NCBI RefSeq assembly: GCF_036321535.1
Contig: NC_087437.1
Location: 11,596,001 to 11,660,000, forward strand
From: Camelus dromedarius
Lineage: Eukaryota
DNA length: 64,000 nt
Direction: 5' to 3'
In this document: positions 28,125 through 40,315 of the stretch, piece by piece
How positions within the stretch are numbered: the first letter of the stretch is position 1
How the letters are laid out: each line of letters starts with the position of its first letter
The notes under the pieces: generated by a model
The model's input: only the letters and a program-made list of their open reading frames with translations
Databases searched by the model: none
Told to the model about the DNA's origin: nothing
Program-made: the position numbers and the translations under genes

Positions 28125-31100
28125 ACAATTTTTAAAAATGAGCAAAACTATGTATATTCACACCTGCACCTGAGAGGGAATACTAGTTTTCTCACCTTTT
28201 ACAGCATGTGAAATTATTTTCAAATCCCCCCCCAGCACAGCAATCTTAAAGAATACGGACATCATCATTTTTTTTTCAACTTTAATAAAGCAAAGCGTCT
28301 ATAGAGTTGACATACTTACTATAGAAGAAAATAAAGAAAACATTTTCAACTGTTCCTTAAAAGAATATTTGAAATCATGTTTCATGAAATGCTGCTTTAA
28401 ATAACTCCCTGGCGTCTTTCTAAGGCCCCACTGGGGTGAACAATCATTTCAGCAAAATCGGAGGCAGGGCAGAGGAGGGAAGAAGGTGAGACAGGAGCCA
28501 AGAGGACCGAGGCAAGCCCAGGACCAGCTCTGAAGGTTGGCCCCCTATTCTGGAGGGCAAAGGCACTTGCACTGAGGACTCTGTCTGGCAGGATCCTGCC
28601 TGCAAGAAAGCACTTCCCTGTGACCTGGCTCATGCTGGCATTAGCACCCTCCTTCACAGGGACCTGGCCTCACCCCCCACACTAGTTCTTTCCCACACGT
28701 GGTGAAATCTGACTCCCAAGGTCCTGGCGCCTTGGCCGCACACATGCTTTCCTTCCTTCTGCCTGGTGTTTAATACCTTCAGAAGAGTTAAAGCTACAAA
28801 CTTCGACAAGAACGCCCTGGAAAGCTCCATGATACACATCTCTTTTAATTTTTCTTTTTTCACTCTCCCTGATTGAAGCTGGCAACCGCTGAAAAAATTC
28901 AATGAAAAGTGAAATTGTACTTTTCCAAATCTGCAAAGCTAAATGAGTATTGAAGAAATGTCAATCTTGAAACTCCCAAATACTTTGTTTTTGTAAGTTT
29001 GTAGCAGTCACAACTCAGAGGATACAGAAATTTAAAACAGCACTGCCACGCTGGGGATACCCTGTATTTCTCATAGCCTGGGGGTTTCTTTGGGGTTCAA
29101 AATGATTATTCCTTTCCAGGTTAGGGACATCCTTCCGTCTGCCTACAGGTGAATTTTCCTGATTTAAAATGAGCTTCTCTTTAAAGGTATCTTTTGCAAG
29201 ATTTTGAGGCATCTTCTGATAGAGCATTGTTTTTGAAACTGAGTGTAAATTTAAATTCTTAATGTCATTAATGTGTAATTGAGATAATTTTAACATTCGT
29301 ATATGCTAGTTAGACATTTTACTTGTTCAGGAATCTGAATTAGGGAATATAATCTCACCATCTCAGGGGAGAGTCAAGGGGCATATGTCCAAGGTCTGAG
29401 GTTTTATTTTAGTTTAAACACTGACATAGAAAGAGAGAGAGACATGTTCATTTTGGGGGGTTTGCTTGCTTGCTTTTTTTTTTCATCATAACCCCAGCCA
29501 GAATTCTATTTTGTTATTATCATGACCCAGCACATACATATAAAGGTGTTGTGCACGTGCGCGTGCATTTTTTTTAATAAAACAAATGTTTCAAAATACT
29601 TGATTTACTCTAATACCTTCTATCCTAGTCTTTTTTACTGAAAACTTTTGTTGATTGTGATTCATTATGTTGATTCGAAGCCTGCTAACATGCGGATTAC
29701 TGAGTTTAAAAAACAAGAAACTTAGATATAATGGGTTAGTCAAGCCCCCAGGGTCCCCCCACTAATGCGGTTACACACTTGGACGGCATGTTTTTACTTA
29801 GGGTGAAGTAACAGGTGCCAGTAGGACAAGAGCTCGCCTCCCGCTGAGGTGCGCACGTGAACCCTGGGATCTGGCTGAAATGCAGGTTCTGGTTGAGCAG
29901 GGCTGGGACACCAAGATTCTGCCTTTACCACCATTTTGAAGTGGTGTGGATGGGCTGATTGGGGACAGCAAGGTCTGAGAAGTGGGGGTGCAGAGGAGTA
30001 CGGCTGCGCGGGACACACCACCACCCCACAGCCATGTGGCCACGACCAGGTGTAACCGCTCCCCGGGTGGGGCCCACCCAGGCAGTCCCACCCTGCAGCA
30101 CACTCACTGCAGCAAAGAAGTCCTTACGCCTTCAACATCCTCTCCTCTGTGATCTGTACTCTGCTTTCTTTCTCAACAACCAACTCTCAGCCAAGAAAGC
30201 TGGGGGAGGGGGGTGCCAAGGCAACCCTGTTTGTGATGGCCTGGAAACCCCTTGGGGGGATGACCTAAACATGTGCACCACGACTTAGTCTCAACAAAGC
30301 ACGAACAGCAAATGTGATGTCGGCAAAGCAGAGTGTGAAAGATTTATTACCGTTTCGTTTCAGGCACTTGTTAAACTGTGAAACCTGCTTGTCGAGGTGG
30401 ACTGCACTCGTAACATACTTCTGAATGTGACCGGGGTAAATCCTGTAGTTCAAAGCGTGATTTCATAACTCTAAATCGTAGCGTTTGAATTCCCACACTA
30501 GGAAATATTGAGCAGGAATTAGAACTGTTCCTGGTACAATACTGGCTTTCTGTACTTCCAGCCTCCAGAATTTGGAGTGTATGTGTTCTGATAAAATGAA
30601 AATAGTCTTAGTTTTGGTGAGGCTGTCTTTTGTGTAATCATTTTGTGTACCTCTCTGGAGGGACAAGGCAGTGTGCTCACCACGGCACCCAAGCACGTAT
30701 CTGGCACGTATTTGGTGCTGGAGAAATGTTTGATAAAAGAATGAATGTATGAACATAACTTTCAAAAATGTTATATCTCACTTTATTAGCTGATTTGCCG
30801 TTATAGTATTTGCTTTATTATACTGAGCAGGTGGCTTTAAAAGGGAAACAGGAATGAAAATTTGGCATCTTCCAAACTGCAGCTGTTGACAATGCGGGTG
30901 GGGAGAACACGGAGGAAGGGAGGGAAAAGACAGACAGACCGGCCAGGGCAACGAACGTTGATTTCCGGCTGGAGGAGGGCATGGGCCGGTGGAAGAGATG
31001 GTGGTATCAGAATCAATCTCCCAGAATTGGGAATGTCTCTCCCCACCCCCCATGAAAAGCAGGATCATAGTGAAGGGTAATGATCACTGATGTGGAGCTT

Positions 31101-31140
31101 GGGGGAGGGAAGGAGTAAGAGCTGGAACTGAGGTCTAAGA

Positions 31141-31360
31141 AAGTCATTTTCAATGGTGACAATTGCACCTCTCAGGGGACACTCGGCAACAACGTCTGGA
31201 GACATTTTTAATTGTCATAATTCAGGGGTGGAGTGCTAATGACTTCCAGTGGGTATAGGGTGGGGGTACTGCTAAACATTCTACAGTGCACAGGGCAGAA
31301 CCCCCCCAACAAAGAATTATTTGTCCCAAAGGTCAATAGCGCCTAGGTTGAGAAACCATG
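31141..31360 (+). mobile_element. MER20 DNA transposon
   Basis: caggggacac..gtctggagacattttt..tgctaaacattctacagtgcacaggg..aacaaagaattat..ggttgagaaacc. Confidence 0.85.
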
Positions 31361-31750
31361 CTCCAGGGAGACCAAAAAAAAAAAAAAAAAAAAAAAGGCA
31401 TGGTAGAGACAAGAGCAGAAGCTCTTAGGAAAGAAGAGAATGCACTCACCAGGACCACCAGGCTATTCCTGGTGACCAGCAAGACCTCAGAGAGGACAGC
31501 AGTGAGGAGAGAGATGAGGCTGGGGCAGGGTCGGGGAGGGAATCTGGCTGTGCCTTCTGCCTCACTGGATCCCTCTCTGGTCAATCCTGAACCAACTGCT
31601 GGTGGTGTCAGCTCCACTGCTCCAGCTAAAGGCAGTCTGTGCCTCATGAGAAGCAAACAGAACTCTGAGAGAGGCCAGTGGTCTTTGGGTGGAAATGGGG
31701 GTCACAGGCTGCCCTCCAGGGTAATATGCCACTGACAAGAAAGGCTTACG

Positions 31751-32197
31751 TGTAGCAAATGCTGCTGGTGCCCTGATCCCAACCCCACGGGCACCATTTT
31801 AGTGCCCATCAGCTTATCTCCCGACTGCCAAAAACTACATTCCTTTGCCTGGAGATGTGCTCTTGGCTACCCAAGTGGTAGTCCTGAAATGCCAGGAAAT
31901 CAGTCGCCTTCGTATGCAGTCCTCGACCATTGCCTGACAGGTTTTGGTGAGTAAGTACACACTCCCTTGCCTCTTGGGTGGGGAACAATGAGACATGTGT
32001 TCCACACCGTCTCCCAGAGCTCCCCGGCGGGATCGAGCTCCAGGCGCTCACACTGGTAACTGGTCTGGTAACACCTCTCACCCCTGTTCTGGCTTCTTCC
32101 CCACTCTCCTATGGGTGTTTTCTTTACCTTCCACCCAAATAACTTGCACTTGAATTCTCATCTCAGGGTGTGCTTCTGGGGAACCCAAACTCTAGCG
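31751..32197 (+). mobile_element. LTR16-like solo LTR (ERVL)
   Basis: Starts tgtagcaaatgctg; ends acttgcacttgaattctcatctcagggtgtgcttctggggaacccaaact. Confidence 0.75.
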
Positions 32198-34169
32198 GCG
32201 AGTCTTCTGAAGGAATCCTGGGCTGGCAGCCGCTTGGTCCCAGTTTCCTCTGATGTGAGAACTCTCTGGGTCCTTAGGAGCCCTCTCTTAGAGGGGCGGG
32301 TCTTCCCACCCCCAGGTCCTGAGCACAGAATCATTGGGCTCCTCGCCCCACTCATTTCAGCCCATCAGAAACACAGCTTTGGGCACGGTCCCCTCTCTCC
32401 CGTTGAGGAATAGACAGACCCACACCTTTCGCTCAAGGCTGGCAGACAACGCGAGCACAGTCCCTCTCAGTCTCAAGCGACCCTGAAGTCAGACTTCTGC
32501 AAGAACTCAAATAAGTAACACGTGACTCCGAGAAGCGGGTCTCACTCTAGGGCTGGGAGGAGGCAGAGATGAAAAGAACGGCTCCCGTGGCTCAAATGAA
32601 CTTTAAAGAATTACCAGTGGGGATTTTAAACCACAGAGGAGCAAAATGCAACAGCTCTTTCACAACCCTGCCAGACAAAGAAGAGAAGGGGACTGTGAAC
32701 CCCCTCGGGGAGATGTTAAGTCACTCATCTTCCCTGTCATGGGACTTCTGGGATGCTAAAGACCTCCAGAAGAAGCTAGGAGCTTGAGGAGCTCCCCACG
32801 CCAGCAGAAGGCCGGCAGACAGCGATGCTGCGGGCACTTCCTGACAGCCTCCCGATGTGGCCCTGCTGGAGCCCGAAGCCATTGCCTGGGAATGTCCCGC
32901 TGTCACACAGGCTGGGAATCAGGCACCAAGCTTCCGGGCCCGTGCACAGTAAGCCATTCTTTAAGGATGCTTCTTTCCAAATCCTCAGAAGCCACTCTTC
33001 CTGGGTTGTGGATGCTTGCTCGCTTTCATCTTCGCAGAGAACGTCCACTTTGGGGTCCTGATTTCTTGCCAACTTAGGTGAGACGATGGGAAGATCTTCT
33101 ATCTCGGTGCTCATGCGTGGAGAGCTACCTTTTTTTTCCCCCCCTTTAAGGGAAAAGAACAGCAGAGCTTTTCTGCAGGACAACCTATTCCCTTATTTAT
33201 AATGCAGGACAACAGCGCCTTGTAAGTGTATATTCTGGTTCATCTGAGGACACACGGTTGTTCATTTTAAAATTAGATTCATCCTAATTATACGAAAACA
33301 GCCTGCGTGCGGTTGGTCAAAACAGCAGGGAAGCATTACTCAGCACCTACCTGCCAGGGCTGCCTTCTAGACTCCACTGAGCTTGTTCAACACACAGCCC
33401 CTGCCCTCTTGGAACTTCAAATCCAGCAAAGAAATAGCCATCTCACTGGCCAATATGAGGTTTGGACAGTGACCAGTGAAGAAATGCATGCAGTAAGGGA
33501 CTAAACTTGTAATATTCCCTTTGGACGCAGGGGTGAGGGAGGTGTCATTAAAGTGGCATGTTTCAGCAGAGCAGAACCAGAGATAATGTGGATCTCAATC
33601 CTAATTAATCAGGGCTTGGGGAGCCTCTTGAATAGGAAGCTGGGTTGAAATAGAGGCATTGAAAAATTATGCATTGGACGTTAAGGGGCAGAAGTTTGAT
33701 CATCGACAGTCAAAAAGCATCAGAGCGAGAGAGGCAAGTAGATGCTATGAAACAAGGAAGTAAGCTCCAACGTCACATCCAGTCCAAGTGGGAGAGCCAA
33801 CTCTGTGTTCGAGAGGCTGGAGTCCTGGGCAGGTAACCGAACATCTATTCTTCTTACATTCCGCAAACACTGAGGTTTGCGAAGTTCAACGACTGACCAT
33901 GGAACATATCTCTTGAGGCTGAAAAGGGCTAGGACATCTATAAAGAGGAGACTGCTACCAATCAACACATTGTAACAATGTTAAACTGCAAAAAAGAATA
34001 ACTAATGATGCATAATAATCACAGAAATTCACAGGGTGACTTCCCAGATCTCTCTGATTTCCAGTCTTTCGGACAACAGAGCTCTGTACTTCCGAGGTGC
34101 AAGTTTCCTTAACACAATCAATTTTACAACTTTTGTAATAGTAAGATGAGAATAAAATTGTTTCCCATG

Positions 34170-34370
34170 TCTTGGGCATTCACCAGGTGCTACAGACTGG
34201 CTAAGCAGTTTATTACCATGATCCCATTTAATCTCCTCCACGATGCTGTGAAGTAAGGACCAATATTATTTTTGTTGCACAGATAGGGTGACTGAAGTTC
34301 AAAGCAGTTAAGTAACTTGCCAGAGAGACCAAAAGCTAGAAGCGGGCAAAGCCTGGCATCCAACTCAATG
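34170..34370 (-). mobile_element. MIR SINE
   Basis: catttaatctcc..tgcacagataggg.gactgaagttcaaagcagttaagtaacttgcc. Confidence 0.7.
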
Positions 34371-34670
34371 CCAGTAGGATGTCCCCCACCTCTCCTGTAA
34401 CTCCTGAACTCTCTCCAACACTCTAGCTCTCAACCAATCCAGGACCCAGGATCCCCAGTTTTCACCCTCCCTACAACACACATAATCTTTAGAGGAAAGT
34501 GTCTCTCCTTCCTGCTCCATGACAGAACTTTAATATAGGATTTGACTGGTGGCCACGCTGCAAGCTACCCTGAGCCCCAGGAAGCCCAGTGATGGGCCAG
34601 TAACAAGCTGGGGATTCCTGAGAGAATTACTCCCTTATGATAGAATATCAAGAATTAGCGGGATTCTAGA

Positions 34671-34806
34671 GGGGGAGGGTATATAGCTCAGTGGTAGAGT
34701 GTGTGCTTAGCATGCACGAGGTCCTGGGTTCAATCCCCAGCACTTCCATTAAAAAAAATAAATAAATAAAATTAATTACCTACACACCCAACCCCCCCCA
34801 AAAAAA
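34671..34806 (+). mobile_element. Camelid tRNA-derived SINE (Vic-1-like)
   Basis: gggggagggtatatagctcagtggtagagtgtgtgcttagcatgcacgaggtcctgggttcaatccccagcac + A-rich/taattacct/C-run tail; diverged TSD aagaattagcgggattct / aagagttaatctggattct. Confidence 0.9.
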
Positions 34807-36299
34807 GAGTTAATCTGGATTCTGTACACGAGAGGCCCTTATCAGGATTAACTTCTTCATATCTCAAATTTTAATTTTCAAAAATATTGCAAAATATTTT
34901 ACAAAAGTAGACTGGTGGCGTCAAAGCCCTCCCTGGGGTAATATAAAGGCAAACAATTCTTTCTTTTCCTTTGACATGTCCTCAACATGATACGTCTTAT
35001 CACTGGTGGGTCTTATTTCTTAATAATCCAAAACACACTAGCACTTTGCATTTCCTTATTTCTTAGAATAAGACATTTTTAATAATAATTAAATGGTAAG
35101 TTTTCCAAAAGGTAAAATACACAAGGTTAGAGGGAAAGAGCTCCTTCGTTCTTTCACTGACCTCGCTTTTATTATTCGTGCCCCTCTTCCATTTCCTTCA
35201 CCAGAGGCACTTCAACGAACTGGCTCAATATTTGATAAAGTGTGTTTATAACTGGCGAAGAAAACAAACATCCTTTTTGACTAAAAAAATAGGGTTCTCT
35301 CTTGTAGTAAGGAATGATAAGTAGAATAAATACTAGGAAAATTGCTATTTTTAGGCAAGATATTTCATAATGAGGCATTTATTTAAATGGGCTAAGCTCT
35401 GTAAGATGATTCCGGGAAAATGGCTTCAGTATCTCCGTCAACACACCAAGAATCAGCTCTGGCCTCTGCCTCCTGATATCTCTACTTTCAATTTGAGTTT
35501 CCTTTAAAAAAAGAAATAGTAGCACATTCATGTCGCAGCAGTAATACCAGGCTTGATCAGCCAGCTCGCCGTACTACGAACATACGAACCACCCAGATCT
35601 ATCAGGGAAGTCAAAATGATGGTCAAGGACTGGAAGGACAGGTCAGGTCTAGCTGGCTCAAAGAGGTCCCCAAACGAGTGAGCAGGAAGTGAGGAACCAG
35701 AATTAGGTCAGAGAGGAGGATGGTCTTGCACCAAAATCCAAAAAAAACCCGTGACTACCAAGACGTCTCCATCACTTGGAATGCCTTCGAAAGTACCCAG
35801 ACAGTGATGTGAGGCGACCCTTACCAGAAATGAAAAACAGAACTGAAAAACAACAGGGTGGCAAAGACGGCTCACTGATCACCACGTACTCTGGCTCCCC
35901 TTCCACAGTATGGAGTCATCACAGGAAAGCAGCTGTGAGGCGGGGACCTGCTCTCTCTCTTTCTTTCTCAGGGGTCTGATACAGTGAAGACGTGACCTTG
36001 GATGCCCTGAGTTGGAGACGGAGGAGCCCAAGACCAAAGCAATGGGGACTCCTTTAATCCACCCAGAGCAGAGCCGCCAATTAATCAGGAAGAGCAAATT
36101 TCAACTTCCCGTGGGTGAAAGATAAACTCCTATTTTTCTCAGCCACTTTGTATTTTTTTTAATTTCCTTTCAAAGTGTAGATAGTGTTTTCCTAAGCAGT
36201 ACGTGTGGCAAGAAAAAATTTGTCTCCATCACTTGAAATGACGTATATCATTTATTTTTGCATTGAATTGGATAGAATCATAGTTTTTAAGGCTAAAGT

Positions 36300-36600
36300 C
36301 GTATTGCCTAATGATAGTGGCTACTGGCCACTAATGGCTCATTGAGCCCTTGAAAGGTGGCTAGTTGAAACTGAGATGTGCTGCAAGTGTAAAATACACA
36401 CCAGATACTGAAGATTTCATACAAAAAGTAAAATATCTCATTCTTATATTGATTATATGTTAATAATTTTTGGATGTATTAGGTGAAATAAAATATACTA
36501 TTGAAATTAAACTCACTGGTTGCTTTTTACTTATTTATAACATGGCTACTAGAAAATTTTAAACTGCACGTGTGGCTCACATTATATTTCTACTGGACTC
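36300..36600. mobile_element. MER33/MER3-like hAT element
   Basis: attgagcccttgaaaggtggctagt.gaaactgagatgtgctgcaagtgtaaaatacacacc...gtggctcacattatatttctactggac. Confidence 0.75.
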
Positions 36601-36609
36601 TGGCTGGGC

Positions 36610-36795
36610 CAGCAGGTGTTAGAAAGCTCCAACCCACCTTGTGTTTTCATAAATAAAGTTTTATTGGTACACAGCCATGACTATTTACATATTATCTATT
36701 GCTGCTTTTGTACTACAGGGCTGTGTTAAGTAGCCCTGAAAAGCTGAAAATATTTATTATATGGCCTATTATAGAAAATGTTTGCCAATGCCTGG
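36610..36795. mobile_element. MER58A-like hAT element
   Basis: taaataaagttttattggtacacagccat..tgctgctttt..ctgaaaatattta..tggcc..tagaaaatgtttgcc. Confidence 0.75.
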
Positions 36796-37859
36796 GCTAA
36801 AGATAACTTTGAAATTACCAAATTTATTTACTCTCACGGTTTCATGACTAAGGAAATTAAAGTTCAGATAAGTCAAGACTTGTTCAAAATATTTTTATTT
36901 TTTATCAGGTGATATTTCCATAATGGCACTATCATTCACTCATTCATTCAGACTCTCCACCCATTCGAATTTTGATCATTAAAGAAACAAAATCCCTATC
37001 ATTTAGAAAATCAACACTTAATAGCACAGAAATCCTTGAGTAACTGTCAGCTACGAATAGGCTGTGAGATAGTTTTTAAATTAAGCTTCATTTGAAAACA
37101 CTTCAAAGAGAACCTATCATGTAATCTGCTTTCAAATTAAACTTGAAGTTCCCCTAAATGTAGAGCCAGCTTGCTAAAAATATGCATTATTGAAATTAAA
37201 TTTTAAAAAATTTTGCCACATCTTGCAGAAAGTGAAATCTGTTCCCAAAGACTTCACGGCAACATGTAACTGCCTCAGTGCCAGCAGCTCTCATCTCTCG
37301 GCATATTATTCTAGAATCTCTATCTGGGTTCATCACCTCCAGTCTCTGCCTCACTCAAGACCTATCCCTTAGGATGTGCTGAACATCCCTTAGTCTCTTC
37401 ATGCTGTCAAGATAAAGTCCATCTTCCTTTTTTGGCCAGGCCAGTCTTCACCATGTGGCTCCCACCTGCTCCAACGACCTATTTATTGTCTTTTGCACAT
37501 CAGACTAGGCTCCCTGCAATTTCCCAAATGCTTCATGCTTTTACCCCACTTCATACGCTCGTATAGGGTGTTCTCACTACCTAGAACCCTCCCTGCCCTG
37601 GACCATGGGTCCCCATTGTACTTACTCCATCACAGAGCTTACCAATATTGTAACTGATTGTAATTGTTGAAGTGTGAATTCTGCCACCACTACAGATAGC
37701 TAATATTTAGGAACACTTATTTGCAGGTCAAGTGCTACATTATTTCCTTTAATCTTCACACATTATAGATGAGGAAACAGCACCTGCAACGAAGCCAGGT
37801 GAAGCCGAGATCTGAAACCACACATTCGCGCTCTGCAGCCCTAGCTCTTAACTCTACAC

Positions 37860-38071
37860 CAGCGGTTTCCAGTGGGGGTGATCTGGCCTCCTCTGAGACA
37901 TCCAGTAATATATGGAGACACTTCTGATTGCTGCAACTGGGGTGTGGAGGGGAACTACTGGTACATAGTGGGCAGAGGCCAGGTATGCTGCTAAACATCC
38001 TACAAGACACAGGATCCGGCAAAGCAGCATCCGGCCCCAAATGTCAATAGTTCACAGGCTGAGAAACACTG
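37860..38071 (+). mobile_element. MER20 DNA transposon
   Basis: Full-length cag..ctg ends with 8-bp TSD ctctacac / ctctaaac. Confidence 0.9.
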
Positions 38072-38199
38072 CTCTAAACTAAAGTAACTCCTGTAGGTTG
38101 ACCTAGGAGACCGAGCATCTCTACAGCAAGAATTCTTAAATGTTCACCATGGTGAACCTACCATAGAGCCTGGCACCCAGCAGGTGCCCAAGGCATATA

Positions 38200-38302
38200 T
38201 GATGGGTGGGTGGATGGATGGATGAATGAATGGATGGATGGATGGATGGATGAATGGATGGGTGAGTGGATGGATGGATGAATAGATGAGTGGAGGGATG
38301 GA
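38200..38302. repeat. (GGAT)n imperfect microsatellite, probably an expanded L2 tail
   Basis: Direct reading; preceded by L2-like gcctggcacccagcaggtgc. Confidence 0.9.
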
Positions 38303-40008
38303 CAGATCCCAGGAGAAAAGAAAACAAGTTTACTTATTTTATGGCTTAGTTTTTATGGCAACATCAATAAAGATAGATCTGAACACATTCTTAAATAGCA
38401 GTAAAGGAATATGCATGTAGAGTACATTCCAGATGATGCTGTCAGCTGAGTAATACCTGCCTGTATGACTCTATAGTGTGAGATCAAATTAATAAGCCAA
38501 AATGCCTGGGGTTACTTTTTTTTTTCAAGAGTCCCTGACAACTACTCCACTACAGTATAAATTCATATGTCCATCATCCACATAGGCCACAATTTAAATT
38601 GTTTTTAAAAAGATTTCCTGTATAAGGTTCCCCAGGTTTAAAAAAAACAATAAATAATAATAAAGACAAATAATACAAGAATATACAAGCTTATGCTTTC
38701 TTCTGTTGTAACTACAACTCAGATACAAACATATTCTAGACTTCCAGATGCTGGCAGTGGAGTAGAAATTACAACGAAGCTTAAGTGAAACTGAAAAAAG
38801 GAAACAAAAATGTATATGGAAGAAATAAACCATTCTCTGGTGTATGCAAATTAATATACCTAAATATCAGAAGTGAAGTCAAGAAAAGGTGTATTTTATG
38901 ATTGTAACATTTTTAAGGTAATGGCAATTTAGTGTGATTTTTTTACATCATTGCACACTTCAGCAATGGTAGCATGAATCCAAACAGCTGAAAGATTGCC
39001 TATGGAAGATAGATTTTTTTAAAGTGGAATGGTATGAACTATTCCTCACAACCTTTTGCACTGAACAGTAGCCATTTGTGGTTTTAGACACACACACAAC
39101 AACCAAAGAATATGATGATCAAGTAAGTTTTGGAAACTGCCCTCCTACTTGGAGATTCATAGCACACAGAAGCATAAAAGTAGGCTCTGAAGATGCTGGC
39201 ATTAAGTTGTTAAACTCAGGATTTCCCATACAGTAGCATAAGTAAAAACTAAAATAAGATGAGGACCTGCCAAAACACTCAGGACTATGGAGAAGGACTG
39301 AAAGTGATGACAGGACTTGCAGCTTGGGACATCGGCGTGGCTGTGGCATTTCTCACCATGGGAACCACAGCTGAAGCCAGAGACAAGCAGTGCCTTCTCC
39401 CCTGTATGTGAGAACATGACACACACTTGTCACAGAGGCAGGCTCTGCGTGTGTGGACATGCAAGTTAAGGAGACATTTATTCACATGGGAGGGGAATAA
39501 GAAAAAGTGGACCCAAACCCAGGAATGTCATGATCGCTCACACCAACCATGATTTTTTGAGCACCTACTCTGTACAAACCGTTGCTGACATCTGGAGAAA
39601 CAGTCTTGAGAGAATCAGAAGAGGGAAAATTATGTCTGAATCATCTTGAGAACCACTGACCAACCTGTGTCACAGAGTCAGAACCCTCAGAGGCCCCCTC
39701 AATGCCGTGATCGTACACCATGCCACGAAAACCACGGCTCTCTCCTCCACCCTCCTCATCGTAAACATTGCTGAACCTCCAGTCACACGACCCTATTTCC
39801 CCAGTTGAAGGAGACACACCCACTGTCAGTCAGCGCTCCTCTGTCCAAGCTTTTGCTTTCATCAGCTTATTACTCATGACTTCCCAAATAAACCCCTAAA
39901 CTCTTGTCACAGAAGAGAAGCCATGGTCCTTAAAAGCTCTTTTTTTTTTTTTTTTAATTTGGAAGTTGAATGAGTTACTTAGTTCAGATTAATCCTTTCC
40001 TAATTGTT

Positions 40009-40120
40009 GGGGGCAGGGTAGAGTGCATACTTAGCGTACACGAGGTCCTGCACTCAATCCCCTGTACTTCCTCTAAAAATAAATAAATAGACTTAGTTAC
40101 CTCCCCTACTAAAAATAAAA
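40009..40120 (+). mobile_element. Camelid tRNA-derived SINE with A-box deletion
   Basis: gggggcagggtagagtgcatacttagcgtacacgaggtcctg..tcaatcccc; TSD core ctaattgtt (40000-40008 / 40129-40137). Confidence 0.8.
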
Positions 40121-40166
40121 TATTTGCTCTAATTGTTACATGTGCCCAATCTACAATCTACTCTCA

Positions 40167-40315
40167 ACACACACACACGTGCATACACATCTATGCTATT
40201 ATACATATTATTATACTGTTATATACACATTTCATACATACACACATTATTATATATTATGTATATATAATATATAATATTATGTATATTGTATATATAC
40301 GTGTGTATGTTTATG
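40167..40315. repeat. (CA)n/(TA)n low-complexity repeat
   Basis: Direct reading. Confidence 0.85.

Noticed and set aside
32776..33183. 135-aa minus-strand ORF and overlapping ORFs
   Set aside because: Non-ATG start, no similarity to TRbeta or any family I recognise, no convincing splice sites.
34671..34745. tRNA-like sequence (also 28045-28115 and 40009-40070)
   Set aside because: A-rich tails, TSD-like flanks and multiple diverged copies indicate SINEs, not tRNA genes.
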